Assembly: GCF_964355755.1 (NCBI RefSeq)
Contig: NC_092674.1
Coordinates: 7,564,001-7,628,000 of the forward strand
Source of the DNA: Antedon mediterranea
Lineage: Eukaryota; Animalia; Echinodermata
Length of the DNA: 64,000 nucleotides
Direction of reading: 5' to 3'
Shown: positions 1 to 11,585 of the stretch, piece after piece
Layout of the letters: the number at the start of each line of letters is the position of its first letter
How positions within the stretch are numbered: position 1 is the first letter of the stretch
Program-made: the position numbers and the translations under genes
The notes under the pieces: generated by a model
The model's database searches: none
Told to the model about the DNA's origin: nothing
The model's input: only the letters and a program-made list of their open reading frames with translations

Positions 1-40
1 ATATATGCGGAGGTTAATTAAGGTTAATTATGACAGAATG

Positions 41-242
41 TCCACCCGACTCTGCAGCAGCCATTAGGCAGTTCATAACTTACTGTTGACAGTCATCTGT
101 GTGCATGGTAAGTACTTTTGATACATGCTATCCACATACGAAACGTATTAAATGTATTTTTAAAATACACATAGACTCGTATCTAGATGACTGTCAATAG
201 TCCGTTAGGATCTACCTAATGACATCTGCAGAATCGGGTGGA
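41..242. mobile_element. MITE-like element with long imperfect inverted repeats
   Basis: tccacccgactctgcag..cattagg..tgacagtcatct at the left mirrors agatgactgtca..cctaatg..ctgcagaatcgggtgga at the right; a fragment of the same family recurs near 37270. Confidence 0.6.
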
Positions 243-1236
243 TCGATAGGACAATGACAAAAATGTACGTTCATTATTAATCGTCACAAAATAGTAAGTC
301 TTGTCGTTCAATCATTTGTGATTATGAAGTTAGACACACATTAGTTTGTCCTTGCATTTAGTTGGTTCGTATCATGTGCCGTTTAGTATAATAGTTATAT
401 TGCACTTAAATGCGATGTTTATGGTTATTGCACGTTGAGATTGTTAGGTGTTTTTTTAGGAATTTTGTGCCACACGAAAACCAAATGTATTGTGCGCCGT
501 CTATTATTCTTTTAATTCGCGGAAAAAGTCCGACTGCTTCATTTGAATGGCCTTATTTCCTATTTATGCCCGTTTATGCATTACGTCATTCATTAGTTAC
601 TTATGCATAACGGAGTGTAACTAGCGCCATCGTATCAGTATTTCTAAAACTACATTACATAAAGTAACTTTACCATCTAATCTACTTAAATACATATTTG
701 AAAGATGGATTTAAGATCTTACTAAACTCACGGATTCATCCCACACGTTCTTAAGCTACGTGATTTAGTAACAGCGCGTTATTTTTAAATTATCTTCGTA
801 TTCATAGCATGTACATAGATTCAAAACTTGATACATTTCTTATTCTGATTTCAATATTTTAATGATTTCATCATTTAATTGTCATTTTACACGTGTCGTG
901 TAGACCAGCCCTAGTTTCGCGTTCGAAATTTTTTTATTAACGTTCATTTATTTAGATGTGCATAAATTATTAAAACACTCCATTTTTTAATGATCTCTTA
1001 GAATTGATACAAATGGGATTATATGAAAAAAAAACATAATTATATATACATAAAGACAAGAAACAATAACATCAATTTCGGTTGCAAAGAACGTTTATTT
1101 TAAATTACAACTGTGTATATAGCAACATAATGTACTAAAATGAAAATAATGGGGAAATAATTTCACAAATTTCGTTTAGATTTTGAAAATAATATGCATG
1201 ACCAGATATTAATCTCTGATATAATTACAGTATTGT

Positions 1237-1366
1237 TGAATTGACCAATCACAAGCGATGGCTTATTCGCTTGTGATTGCTAACTGTCTATAACTTCGCT
1301 TGCCATTGGTTAAAAGGCTTGCGTTGCGTTTACGTCCTTGCGTTACGTTCTAGTGGGAACCAAGCT
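1237..1366. mobile_element. Harbinger-type MITE family A, 5'-truncated copy
   Basis: Nearly identical to the right part of 13538-13716 and 34849-35027; ends in terminal inverted repeat (TIR) ctagtgggaaccaagct followed by TTA. Confidence 0.8.
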
Positions 1367-2337
1367 TTAGGCTTCCTAATAATATACCGGCGGAAGAGTG
1401 TGAAAGTTTAAGCAGTTAGTTGTGTTATAATAATTTATTATGAAACTGAAAAACTCTTCTTTAACAAGGAGTGTTTAAAACTTCTGGGTTTTTCTCTTCC
1501 TTTCATTGACGCCTGGCTGGATTGACTACGGAAGTCGCATGGTTAATGGGTCTTTCACACCTGCTCCGGTCCGGCTCCGGCAAATAGAACGTCAATGTTT
1601 CGTTTTCACGATCGACGATCCATACGTACTTGGTCGCTAAACATGTTTGCCTTCCTATTCCAAGGTACCATACCATATATACAAGATAAAACGAAATCAT
1701 AATAGATCAGTTCCACCTGTAACTCGTATCAGAGTAATTCCTTTTCTGAATCGGAAATTATATTAGCATAATAGTATTTCTTAAAGCTACCCATTTTTCT
1801 ATACTTTGTTTTTTATTGTATATGTTTCACATTCAATGTTATATAGCATATTGATTTTAAATGAATTCCATAAAGATTTACCCACTGGCTTATTTAATGC
1901 TGATAACATTAATAGGCCTATATATTTTAATATGATAAATTTTCAAAAATAACTTTATAAATATTGTTTAACAGGTTAGGAAGGCGAAAGTCACTCACAC
2001 ACCCAATGGCTGAATGAATTATGATTGGCTCAACTGAAAATATCGGGGAGTTCCCCATTTATTTAGCCTACTATTGGTATTTCATTTTGGTTTACTTAGA
2101 ATCATTAATTGTTTCCTTTGTATTTTTAGAGGACTTAATCGTGTTCAGAGTTATCATTATTAAATAATAATAATTTATAAAGATAAAATTCTCTTTAATG
2201 GATACATTATAATTATACGATAATGGTTATAATAAGCCAATTGATTTTGAAGGATTCTCGTTTGACTTTTAACATTAATACATTTGTTAACTTTCACTTT
2301 GGCATCCGTGATATAGTACTGTACACTTAATAGTAAT

Positions 2338-3053
2338 TTACCTCCGCCAAGGAGGTATATGTAATCGATCGCGTGTGCTTGTTTGTTACTTGGCCAAATT
2401 GAAAATTGGCCAAGTATGTTGATCGGTGCGGTTTGTGTATTTGTTTGTCATCACTCTGCGCTCACAAATTTTGATTCAAATGACTCCAAATTACTACCGT
2501 ACATGTCGCCTGGTGCAAGGACGACACTGCTCAATTTTGGTGTAAATCCGGACCACGGTCCCAATTCTGGACCACTTTTTAAAATTATTTTCAGACCTGC
2601 AATGTTAAGAGATGGGACAGAACTTTCAAAAGGCGGTGAGCAGTCTTAAAGTAACAAGTAAACTTTGGTTTCATGGTTTTTGGCTTTCATTTTTTGTACA
2701 AGAGGCAAGAGTTATGATTGGTGATTTGTAATTTTAAAACATAATTTGATTTAATGTGCACCTTTTTTGATGTGAGTAGTTTAAAAAAACCTATTTCTTT
2801 TCAAATTCACCCGTTTGATTTTCGCGTTGCTGTTCTATTGTTACTCAACTGAAGCTGTTAATTGAAAGGCTTGTTACATAACCATAACACCAAACTTGCA
2901 TACACATGCTTGTAGTGAAATTAGCCTAAATCACAAACAGCATTAAGACACACACAAATATATATATATATATATATATATTTCCCGGAGAAATCTTATG
3001 TAGGAGAATTTTACAGTAGGCGGAGGTATGCATTCTCGGAGTGACTTTCTAGT
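2338..3053 (+). mobile_element. Helentron-associated non-autonomous element (HINE/DINE-1-like)
   Basis: Starts TTACCTCCGCCAAGGAGG; subterminal inverted copy GGCGGAGGTA at 3019-3028; short 3' palindrome cattc-tcg-gagtg at 3031-3043; ends TTCTAGT; T-rich flanks; internal palindrome acttggccaa..ttggccaagt. Confidence 0.75.
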
Positions 3054-3076
3054 TTTCATAGTTATTGATTATTATA

Positions 3077-4377
3077 GTTTTTTTTTTCTCTTTTGTGGGG
3101 GCAACCCACTTTTATTGCAATGATAAACAATATGGTGAAGGTTACAGTATATATGTCTATCTATCTATTTATCAATGAATATTTAAGTGATATTACACAG
3201 ACAGAGGTTAAAAGATTATATAAAATATTTTGATATTGTGTTGAAATCTAGATAAAACAAACATGTATACAGAGAAAATTTATATTACAGAGCTAAAACG
3301 ATATAAAGATTGATATTCAGTATTAAAAATAAATTTGATATAATATAAATATATATGATAAAATGGTATATTGCATTATAAGATTATGTTTTGTTTGAAT
3401 AATTTTATAAAATTGTATAGTTTTACATTTTGAATATAATATTGCTTTTATTATTTATATGATAAAATAACAAACTAATAAATATTGCAAAGCTAAACCC
3501 AAACCGAAGTATGGGGATACGCCCTCGTCGCTAGCCAGGTTTATTTTAATAGTTCTAGTTTAAATCCTGGCTAGCACCAGTTGCGTCTCGGTCATCCCGG
3601 ACTCGGGCGCCTCCTAGAAAACAATAATATAATAATGATGGTAAATTAACAATTGATCTAAATCAAGAAAATATACTGTATACCGTACGTTTATGTTTAT
3701 TCTTGTGTATTTCTTAATTAAATTTTTAGATAATTGATTCAAGGAGTTTTTCTTTAACGTTGTTCCATTTTCTTTCTGCTTTGTTTAGATTACATAAGTA
3801 TTCGTTTGAAATTAAATTTTTTAGTTCTATCTTAAATAAATTCCAAGTGATAATCCGTTTGCTTGTTTTATAAATAATGCAAGATTTGTAAATACTAAAT
3901 GTAAATAAAGAGATGAGTTCATTAACAAGCGTGTTCTGAGTTCCTAAAACTATGTCTGACCATTCGGGGAAACTTGGCCGTAATGTTTCATTAGTCGGAA
4001 TACATTTAACGATCAGTTTACGGAACTTCCCTGATTGAATGCTATTACAGGTGTACAACATATGTTTTTCACTTTCTATTTCTATACAACACTTTTCGCA
4101 ACAATCACTTTCATTAAGATTCCACTTCTTTAAGTTTTTTCTACAAGCTAAGATACGATGTAATAATTTAAAATTAAATTGGGCGATTTTTGGTAAATGT
4201 TTCATATTGTGAACTTTACAGTACCATGTCTTGTCCCAGTCTATTTCATTTTTACCTAACTCAACTTCCCACTTTGCTTGTATATTGGGGATTTTAGCAA
4301 CCTTGCTAACAAAAAGGGTATAATGAAAAGATGCCTTGTGTTTTTTATGAAATACGGTTTCTTTGACTTGCAGATTA
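3077..4377 (-). mobile_element. 5'-truncated L1/Tx1-clade non-LTR retrotransposon
   Basis: Minus-strand ORF2 C-terminus, ~650-nt 3' UTR, AATAAA and poly(A) near 3078-3115. Flanked by a ~21-bp TSD with 2 mismatches: tcatagttattgattattata (3056-3076) and tcatagttattgcttattaca (4378-4398). Confidence 0.85.
3726..4377 (-). pseudogene. LINE ORF2 C-terminal fragment (zf-RVT/CCHC zinc-knuckle region)
   Basis: Reading frame KWEVELGKNEIDWDKTW..KIAQFNFKLLHRIL..KKWNL..CCEKC..ESEKHMLYTC is typical of the zinc-binding region after the RT domain in Tx1/L1; the RT core is missing. Confidence 0.8.
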
Positions 4378-6660
4378 TCATAGTTATTGCTTATTACATT
4401 ATGTATTACTTGTTCCTTTATTCATTGTGCTGATGTAATAAATAACTTCGTTCATGTCATGTTATCACAGTTATCTGTTATAATAATATTGATTGTTAAC
4501 AAACACACTATTATAGTATTAATTACGTTTTAACTGAAGTCATAATAGTTAAGAAGGTCTTAAGTGGAAACTGTGACTTATTTATTTATCTATCTATCTA
4601 TTTATTTACTTATTTATCGAACGAGTTCTTTGTAAAATGAGAACCGTCATCTGAAAACAATATTTGCTTAGTACTTTAAAAACTGACTTAAGCAAATGCA
4701 TTAACTTACAACAAAGTTAAGATGATTTTTTTTTCTAAGCATATTTGGTTATAATATAATTGACTCTTGTTGTACTAATAGTTCATATTACTTTTGATAT
4801 TGGAATTCTTGGATATCTTTTCATGCTTCTTAAATTTCAAAATTAATTTTCGTGTATCTTGCTACTAGTCCGAGTAATTATGTACCTGTGGCCTATAAGG
4901 AATTCTATGAAATTGATATGGCATAAGCAATATCTTTCAATCTACTTATAGATAGGCATCTCCCGTCTTTTCTTTCTGAGGTGGCCAATTTATTTTATCG
5001 TTTTCATTGTTTTGATTGAATGCAATATTTTTTCAAGGTTTAATTTGCTAATTGTTATAAATTCTATTTATTTTAGTTTAATTTGTAAGTGTGTTTGTCA
5101 AATTGTATTTTCTGTGAGGGTCTCTAAAGATCAGCTTCTGCTGTATGGGCCATCGTCGTTGAAATATATAAAATAGAGACACCATGTTCAATAGAACATG
5201 AACCCATTCAGCCATTATCTGTTAATGAAAGTTGGAAGGGTAGGTGACCATTAAATTCGCTCCGATTTTGTCCGTGGAGACTCAGTTATTGGACGGCTCA
5301 CTTGAGGGTGATTTTAGCACGCGCCTCGTGCTGCATGCACAACATTGAGACAATTGAGTCAAAAAAGTAATACCACTAAAATAGAACTGTTAAATTGAAC
5401 TGTTACCGTGCAATAGAACTGAACGGCTAACGAAATCAACCTATCAGATGGCTAGGATACACTCATGTGTATTATAAAAACAACTAATCTTTGCATTTAA
5501 TTTGTATAAAAATAGTTTAATTTGTAGGTTGTGAGTTATTGCGTTATTGAACTCGGTCATGTTTTAACTGTTGTTTTATTACACTAACCACATTTTAATT
5601 CATAGTATAGATATTCATCAAAACGTAATCAGATGCCGGAAAACCCAATGTATTATATTCTCTAACCATTTTGAAGTTTATTAATGTTCTTTTTGCAAAA
5701 TGCAAAGTTTGATAACATACACTGTAAAAAGGTTGGGCAAAAAATTGCCCAACTTTTTACCCAACGCTGGTCTAATAGTCAGCTCAACCATCTATTGGCT
5801 AATAAATGCCCAACCATGTTTAGGAAATGTGTTTATGAAATAGTTGGTTATTTTGAATGTTCCAATATTGGTTAATTTTTAATGCTCAACTATTGGATAC
5901 AGTTTTACTATTCCAACATTGGGTAATTTCAAAGCTCAACTATTGGGTAATTTTCACAGTTATGTCTGTTAGCATTGTATACCAACATTGGTAGTTTTAT
6001 TTGCTCAACTTCTGGGTATTGTTAATTTACCATTTTATTGGTAAATGCTTCATATTGATTGTGAAATTGTTACCTCTGGTTAAATTATTGAATAAAATGA
6101 AAACAACAAAAAACATTAAACATTAAAATCTCTTAACACTTTTATTTAAAACAATATAGGCATAGACCTAACTGCCACCAGGCATGACACTGTTTTCACA
6201 AAAAGCAGTATGTTTTGATACATGATTCACTATATTTAGAGGTTCATGATATAAAAAAGCCACAATCTTGTATTTTTAATAAAAAAAATGTTTTGTACAG
6301 TATACATATTAAACCTTTTCAATAAAACCGCTGCAATGTAATGTTTTAAAATTAGATTTATTAAGACCATTTATTAACTATTGTGTCTAATACTGTCAAT
6401 GGTAACTGGGTTATATGCCTAAATATGGAAATTTGGGTTATATCAAAATACACCATGTTTTTTTCCTTTTTCTGAATAGTGTAAATTCTGAAGCATAAAA
6501 GAGTAAATTTCTAGTATTCTTTAACATGATAGGCCTTAAAAAGAAATAATGTTACATCAAATCGTTTTCCTGAAAGAGGTAGTCACTTACAAGCATACAA
6601 TTATTATGTTTTTTTTTTGTTAAACCACCAATAAAGTTCTTAAAACATATTTCTAATTCT

Positions 6661-6955
6661 TAAACATATCAAAAACAATTTGCTTCAGATTGTGGCTTTA
6701 AATTACTCATTTTTACAACACTTGTTTGAATTTCAAAAAAGTCCTAAAGCCCTCAAAGAGGAACTTTTAACATTATCTTTTGACTGCCTATAAATACAAC
6801 TTTCAAAAAAACATATCAAAATTTGCTTTAGATTGTGGCTTTAAATTACTCATTTTTACAACACTTGTTTGAATTTCAAATAAGCCCTAAAAGCCCTCAA
6901 TGAGGAACTTTCAACCTTATCCTTTGACTGCTTATAAATGCAACTTTCAAAAAAC
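6661..6955. repeat. ~150-bp tandem duplication inside the EnSpm element
   Basis: aacatatcaaaa..gattgtggctttaaattactcatttttacaacacttgtttgaatttcaaa..gaggaactt..caactttcaaaaaa occurs twice in a row. Confidence 0.85.
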
Positions 6956-9067
6956 TTTCAAACCCATTTGCACTTAGCTTGATACTTGCAATCAAGCACA
7001 AAGTGTGCCTTGTAGCATACATCAACTGCTTTCAGCAGGGAAGGCTGCTTGATAATTTGTTTTTCATTTACCACAAAGTGCTCCGTACTTGTTAACTTAT
7101 CAGCTCCAAGAGCCATTATGTAGGGCTGTGGGTGGGTGTGGTGGCTAACATTTTCCAAAGTATTGATCAATATTTATTATTTCCTGAAAAAACAAAAACA
7201 TTTAACTATATATTTAACTTTAATTAACTTCTTATATTCCAGACTTCAGTCCATAAAACAAAAATAATACAAATAGTAAGAGAAATACTTATTACAATAT
7301 GAAATAATATAAATAAATTCAAATAATTTTTCCTAAATAAGAATAAAAGTTACGTACACGTCGTGAATCTATAAATGTTGTCAAGATGGAATCAACACCA
7401 GTCTGTATCTTGACAAACATTGGTGAGGCATCCAAGTTCAATCAATCTAGTATTTCGTTGAAACTGTAGGAAAAGCATATTATTAAGGACGGTTATTGAT
7501 TTTGTTTGTAATTCTGCTATAATTGTTGATATAAATAAATTGATAAACATACATGAAGAAATATGCGAGAATGTTGTTGTGCAACTATCTTGACTACATA
7601 CAACAAAAGTTGAAGTGCCAGAATGAATTCCATGAATGTATTTTAGATGGTTAAATAGTTCTTTCACTCCACCAGGTATTAATTTTAAACATTTAAAACA
7701 AAGCATTTTAATTTTATCAGTTGAAAAAATATCGAGTTAATGAAAGAAACAATCAAATGTTGCTTACATGCTTCCTTAGTCTTTCTGAAAATTTGGCTCT
7801 AATGCCGATCTTTGGTATGAGCGACACAATGTCTGACTCACTCAAGAGCTGCAAGGCTGCCATATCAACACCATTATCTGTCATATAAAACAAAATCAGT
7901 TTATTCCTAATGTTCTATCTTTTGCATTGCAAATTTTCAAAAACTGCCATTGGCTCCACCAAGGCCTATTAGGCCTAATTATGTATTATATTATTTCCAT
8001 TTCATCTTGAAAACAAAATCATAAATAGGCCTGTATTAGTGTATAAATAACGTGTTGTGGCCTAGGGCTAATAACAACAATACAAATTTATTTTTAACTT
8101 AGGGACTAGGCGAGCCGATTATTATAGTCCTATATAATGAGGCTACCTGTAGGCCAGTTCCTAGCCTAGTCTATATAAAGAGGCTACCTGTAGGCTAGTT
8201 CCTAGCCTAGTCTTTAGTAAAGTAGTATTGTAATGTGGGGAAAAGAACAAACATACTCATACATATTCAATTCTCTTAATTATCGGGAATTTTTGCTTGA
8301 TCATAAAATAGATACTCTAAAACTTAAAAGTAATAAATAGTATTTCAAATAAACTATCCTCTGATTAATAATGGATCGGTCCATTTTAGAATCTGAGTTT
8401 TCATTTTTTTTTTTTTTTGGAAAAAAATCTAATTTTCTAGATATGAATTTTTTAGAGTGTTTTAGGCCAGGCAGGGTGTTGAGTTAACATTGCAGAGTAG
8501 TTTTGATGAGTGAATACAATTACAGGGCTTCCCCTTTTATGCCTAAAACATTTTGTATTATTTTATTTTGTGTTCAACTTGCGCAGCACAATTTGAATTG
8601 CACAAGAAAATACTTCCTCATAACATAATTTTGTTACAAAAATGTGTATGTATAATTTTCTCAATAAAATAATGATAAAAACCTCTGTCTCAGCATAGAG
8701 TTATAAATTAGATACCTTCATAAGTTGATCTACGTAATTTTTAATTATTAATACATTATTGAGGTATGACACATTATTTATATTGGCCACACCACAATAT
8801 GTGCAGTATACATCGATTTTGGTCCCTCAGTTTTCCCTCTACAGTTAGGCCTCTAGGCCTATCCTGCCTGTTATTAATATAGCGATGCTCCTCCATTGGA
8901 TCTATATAGGCTAGACTATACTCTAGGCAGGTTTAAAGTCAAGCTTAGGCATGCCTATAATCATATTATAATACTAGGCCTATGGTATGATATATGTTAT
9001 AAGTTTCTCACCATTAAATGTATCAACAAGTTTCTGTAAACCCCCACTCTTCCAATAGCGCGTCCAT
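6880..9067 (-). pseudogene. Transposon-encoded spliced SAM-domain protein gene (disrupted)
   Basis: Exon 9012-9067 (MDALLEEWG, 1-bp frameshift in a G run, then LQKLVDTFN) joins exon 7768-7877 (DNGVDMAALQLLSESDIVSLIPKIGIRAKF) to give a SAM domain with GT-AG sites. A terminal segment at ~6880-7185 encodes QPYIMALG..LLKAVDVCYKAHFVLDCKY..KWV, a motif recalled from animal EnSpm accessory proteins. Confidence 0.7.
7555..7706 (-). pseudogene. N-terminal C2H2 zinc-finger remnant of the EnSpm transposase ORF
   Basis: MLCFKC..LFNHLKYIH..VVCSQDSCTTTFSHISS (CxxC..H..H, then C-x4-C-x3-F); similarity ends abruptly, consistent with an internal deletion. Confidence 0.6.
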
Positions 9068-9858
9068 GTTTTTCAGCTCCTTGTGCACTGCATGCACGTG
9101 TGTACCAATAATGGCGTCATCACATTACTCAGTCATTGGTTAAAAGTATAGGTTTCTTCCTTCACGTATTCGACAAAAACCCAATGTTTGGGCGATTATG
9201 TGTATTTACCCAACATATAGTCAGTCTTACGAAATTGTAAGCAAAGAACATAATAAATGGGTAGATTTTACCCAACTTAAATGACACACGGGTGTACCAA
9301 CGTTGGGCATTAATATCATTTAACCAACTGGAAATATTATGCATATTCTGGGCAAAAATTTACCAACAAAAGGGGATAGTAAATTTACCCAGTATAGTTT
9401 ACCCATATTTTTTACAGTGTACCATTCTAACTGCGGCGCAACGTCTGAGCCTCGGGAGTTTTAAATTCAAACGTAACAAATATGCGAGGAAGTTAAAATA
9501 ATAGTATTCGTAGGAGTAAATAATTAATTTAAACTAATAGTAGTCAAGCAGTGAAAACTCTTCCCTGATTTTAGAATAAACACTGATTAAGCAAATGGTG
9601 TCATCAGATAGTAGCTACACAACTGGTGCCTGCTTACCAAGTCAGTCAGACCTTTGAGTCGGCAACGATTTTGTCGAAAATAATGTACATTGTTGTATAT
9701 CCTCCACTTTCGAATACTCTAATCAGATATGCTTTAATCATTTAAACATGTTTACCATTGAACGCAGTATTAGTAGAGTTGATTAATGAAAATAAAAAAA
9801 AGAAAGAAAAGGATTTATGTATCATATTCACCAATCATTCTTAGAAGATAATCATTTA

Positions 9859-10055
9859 AGCTTGGTTCTCACTAGCGACGCAATCTACGCAACGTAAGAA
9901 AATGCCCTTCCATTCATTATGTTTTCCCCTGCCTGTGTGAAATCCAACCTATGATGTTTGCATCACTATTGCGTCGTCGGTTCCCACTTGAGATTACGCA
10001 ATACAGCACTTTGCGTCGATACGTCGCTGCGTTGCGTTCTAGTGGGAACCACGCT
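9859..10055. mobile_element. Harbinger-type MITE (family A TIR, subfamily-B interior)
   Basis: TIRs agcttggttctcactag / ctagtgggaaccacgct, TTA TSD on both sides; interior shared with 10669-10821 and 20788-21006. Confidence 0.85.
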
Positions 10056-10668
10056 TTATTATGAACCGCCAGTAGCGCAATATCTATAATTAAAAACATA
10101 ATACTTAGGCTTAATTATGTTATTCCCTATATGGACCTAAAAATAAAAGATTTAAATTGAATACATTTTATATAAACACCGCAATGCAATTTTATAGGCG
10201 AAACATAACGTGGTTTTGGCGTAAATAAAAATCGAAACCGACTCTTAAAACTTTTGAGGCAATACGGTGATGTTGTGATAGCTTATGCAAAGCTTGTTTC
10301 TCACTAGTAGGACGCAATGCAAAGATGTAAGTCGCAACCCAAGGGAATTTACCAATCAAAATCGACGGATTATTCCAACTGTCGCTTGTGATAGGTAAAT
10401 TCGCTTACGTTGTGCGGCTTACGTGCTTGCGTTGTGTCTTTATGGAAAACAACAATTAACCCTTTTAACCATCATATATTTTTTTACCATCCGCGAAGGA
10501 AGCCACTGCATGTTGTGGGCGGTCATTTGGAACTTTTTCAAATTGCATGCCGTGACATCAAAATACAATAACATGTGTTAAATGAACATTTGTACCGGTA
10601 AGCTTGCTTGTCCCACTTAGAATCTGTATCATGCCCATCCACTCCGCGTTTTGTGAAAATGGTTATAA

Positions 10669-10821
10669 AGTTTGGTTCCCACTAGCGACGTAACGTAACG
10701 CAGCCTACGCGACATAAACAAATGCCCTTCTAATAATTGTGTTTGCCCCCGCCAGCGTGATATCAAACGTGATGTTTGCAGCACTATTCGTCGGTCGTGG
10801 TTCTATAATAGGAACCACGCT
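10669..10821. mobile_element. Harbinger-type MITE nested in a degenerate family-D MITE
   Basis: agtttggttcccactagcgacg..ggaaccacgct; its flanks (10590-10665 and 10825-10885) match the 26094-26277 family. Confidence 0.7.
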
Positions 10822-11389
10822 TTAGAAATAACACAGATTTCTTATATTGGTTTTCCGTTTAGCGTTACAGCTCGTCTGTGTATGGTTTTGAAAGTGTTGC
10901 CTAATAATAGTTACTGCATTTTATGAATAATAATAATCACACATTGTACCTAATCTACGGTCATTTTTTAGCCGCAAGAGAATTATTTTTACCTTTATGC
11001 AGATTAAATGCGGTTCTAATTTAGTACAGTTTATTTTATATGTACAATAACATCTAATAATATCTAGAAGCTAAGTAGTCATTAAATCCACGTTGATGGA
11101 TTTGACATAAAATTATAGACAGCATTACTGAGGATGAACATAACACGTGTTTTTTAATTTGAAAAACAGTCTCCAAACCAGCTTTGTTTTGGTCAGGGAG
11201 TTGTTAATTAGAAATGATTTATTTATTTTATTAATTTCGGCAAAGTAATAAATAACAATAATAACAAGTGGTTTATTGTGCCAGTAATGGGAGACAAACT
11301 AGACCACAAGCCTCAGTCGCCGATTATACGTTATATCACTGCCCTATCAGATAGGTGGTAATCCCCTTGATACAGGGGCTATTTTGTGA

Positions 11390-11585
11390 AACAGTTCACC
11401 GGGGTAACCCCCCTACTCTTCTCGAATAATGAACTGGATTCTTTAAGGTGTACACAGGTTATAACTGTGTACACTGGACCTACGGTTTATAGTTCTTATC
11501 CGAGAAGACTTGTTCCACCACCAGAACTAGGAGCGAGTTGGCCTCGAACCCTTGCAGATGTTGTTGGCTCTTTAAGTACGGTAAA
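11390..11585 (-). mobile_element. SINE (MetaSINE-like core)
   Basis: Reverse complement matches copies at 48205-48420 and 49336-49657 (gggttcgagg..tcttctcggataag.actataaaccgtaggtccagtgtacac..taaagaa..agtaggggg.ttaccccggtg). The family name is from recall. Confidence 0.7.

Larger units (their letters stand above)
5720..9419 (-). mobile_element. Internally deleted CACTG-type EnSpm/CACTA (CMC) DNA transposon
   Basis: Termini CACTGTAAAAA (5720) and TTTTTACAGTG (9419), TA on both flanks, dense subterminal ttacccaa/ttgggtaa/ccaac repeats at both ends, internal SAM-domain exons and a Zn-finger ORF. Confidence 0.85.

Noticed and set aside
1503-1700. 65-aa ORF in a slightly GC-richer patch
   Set aside because: No recognisable domain and no partner exons could be linked.
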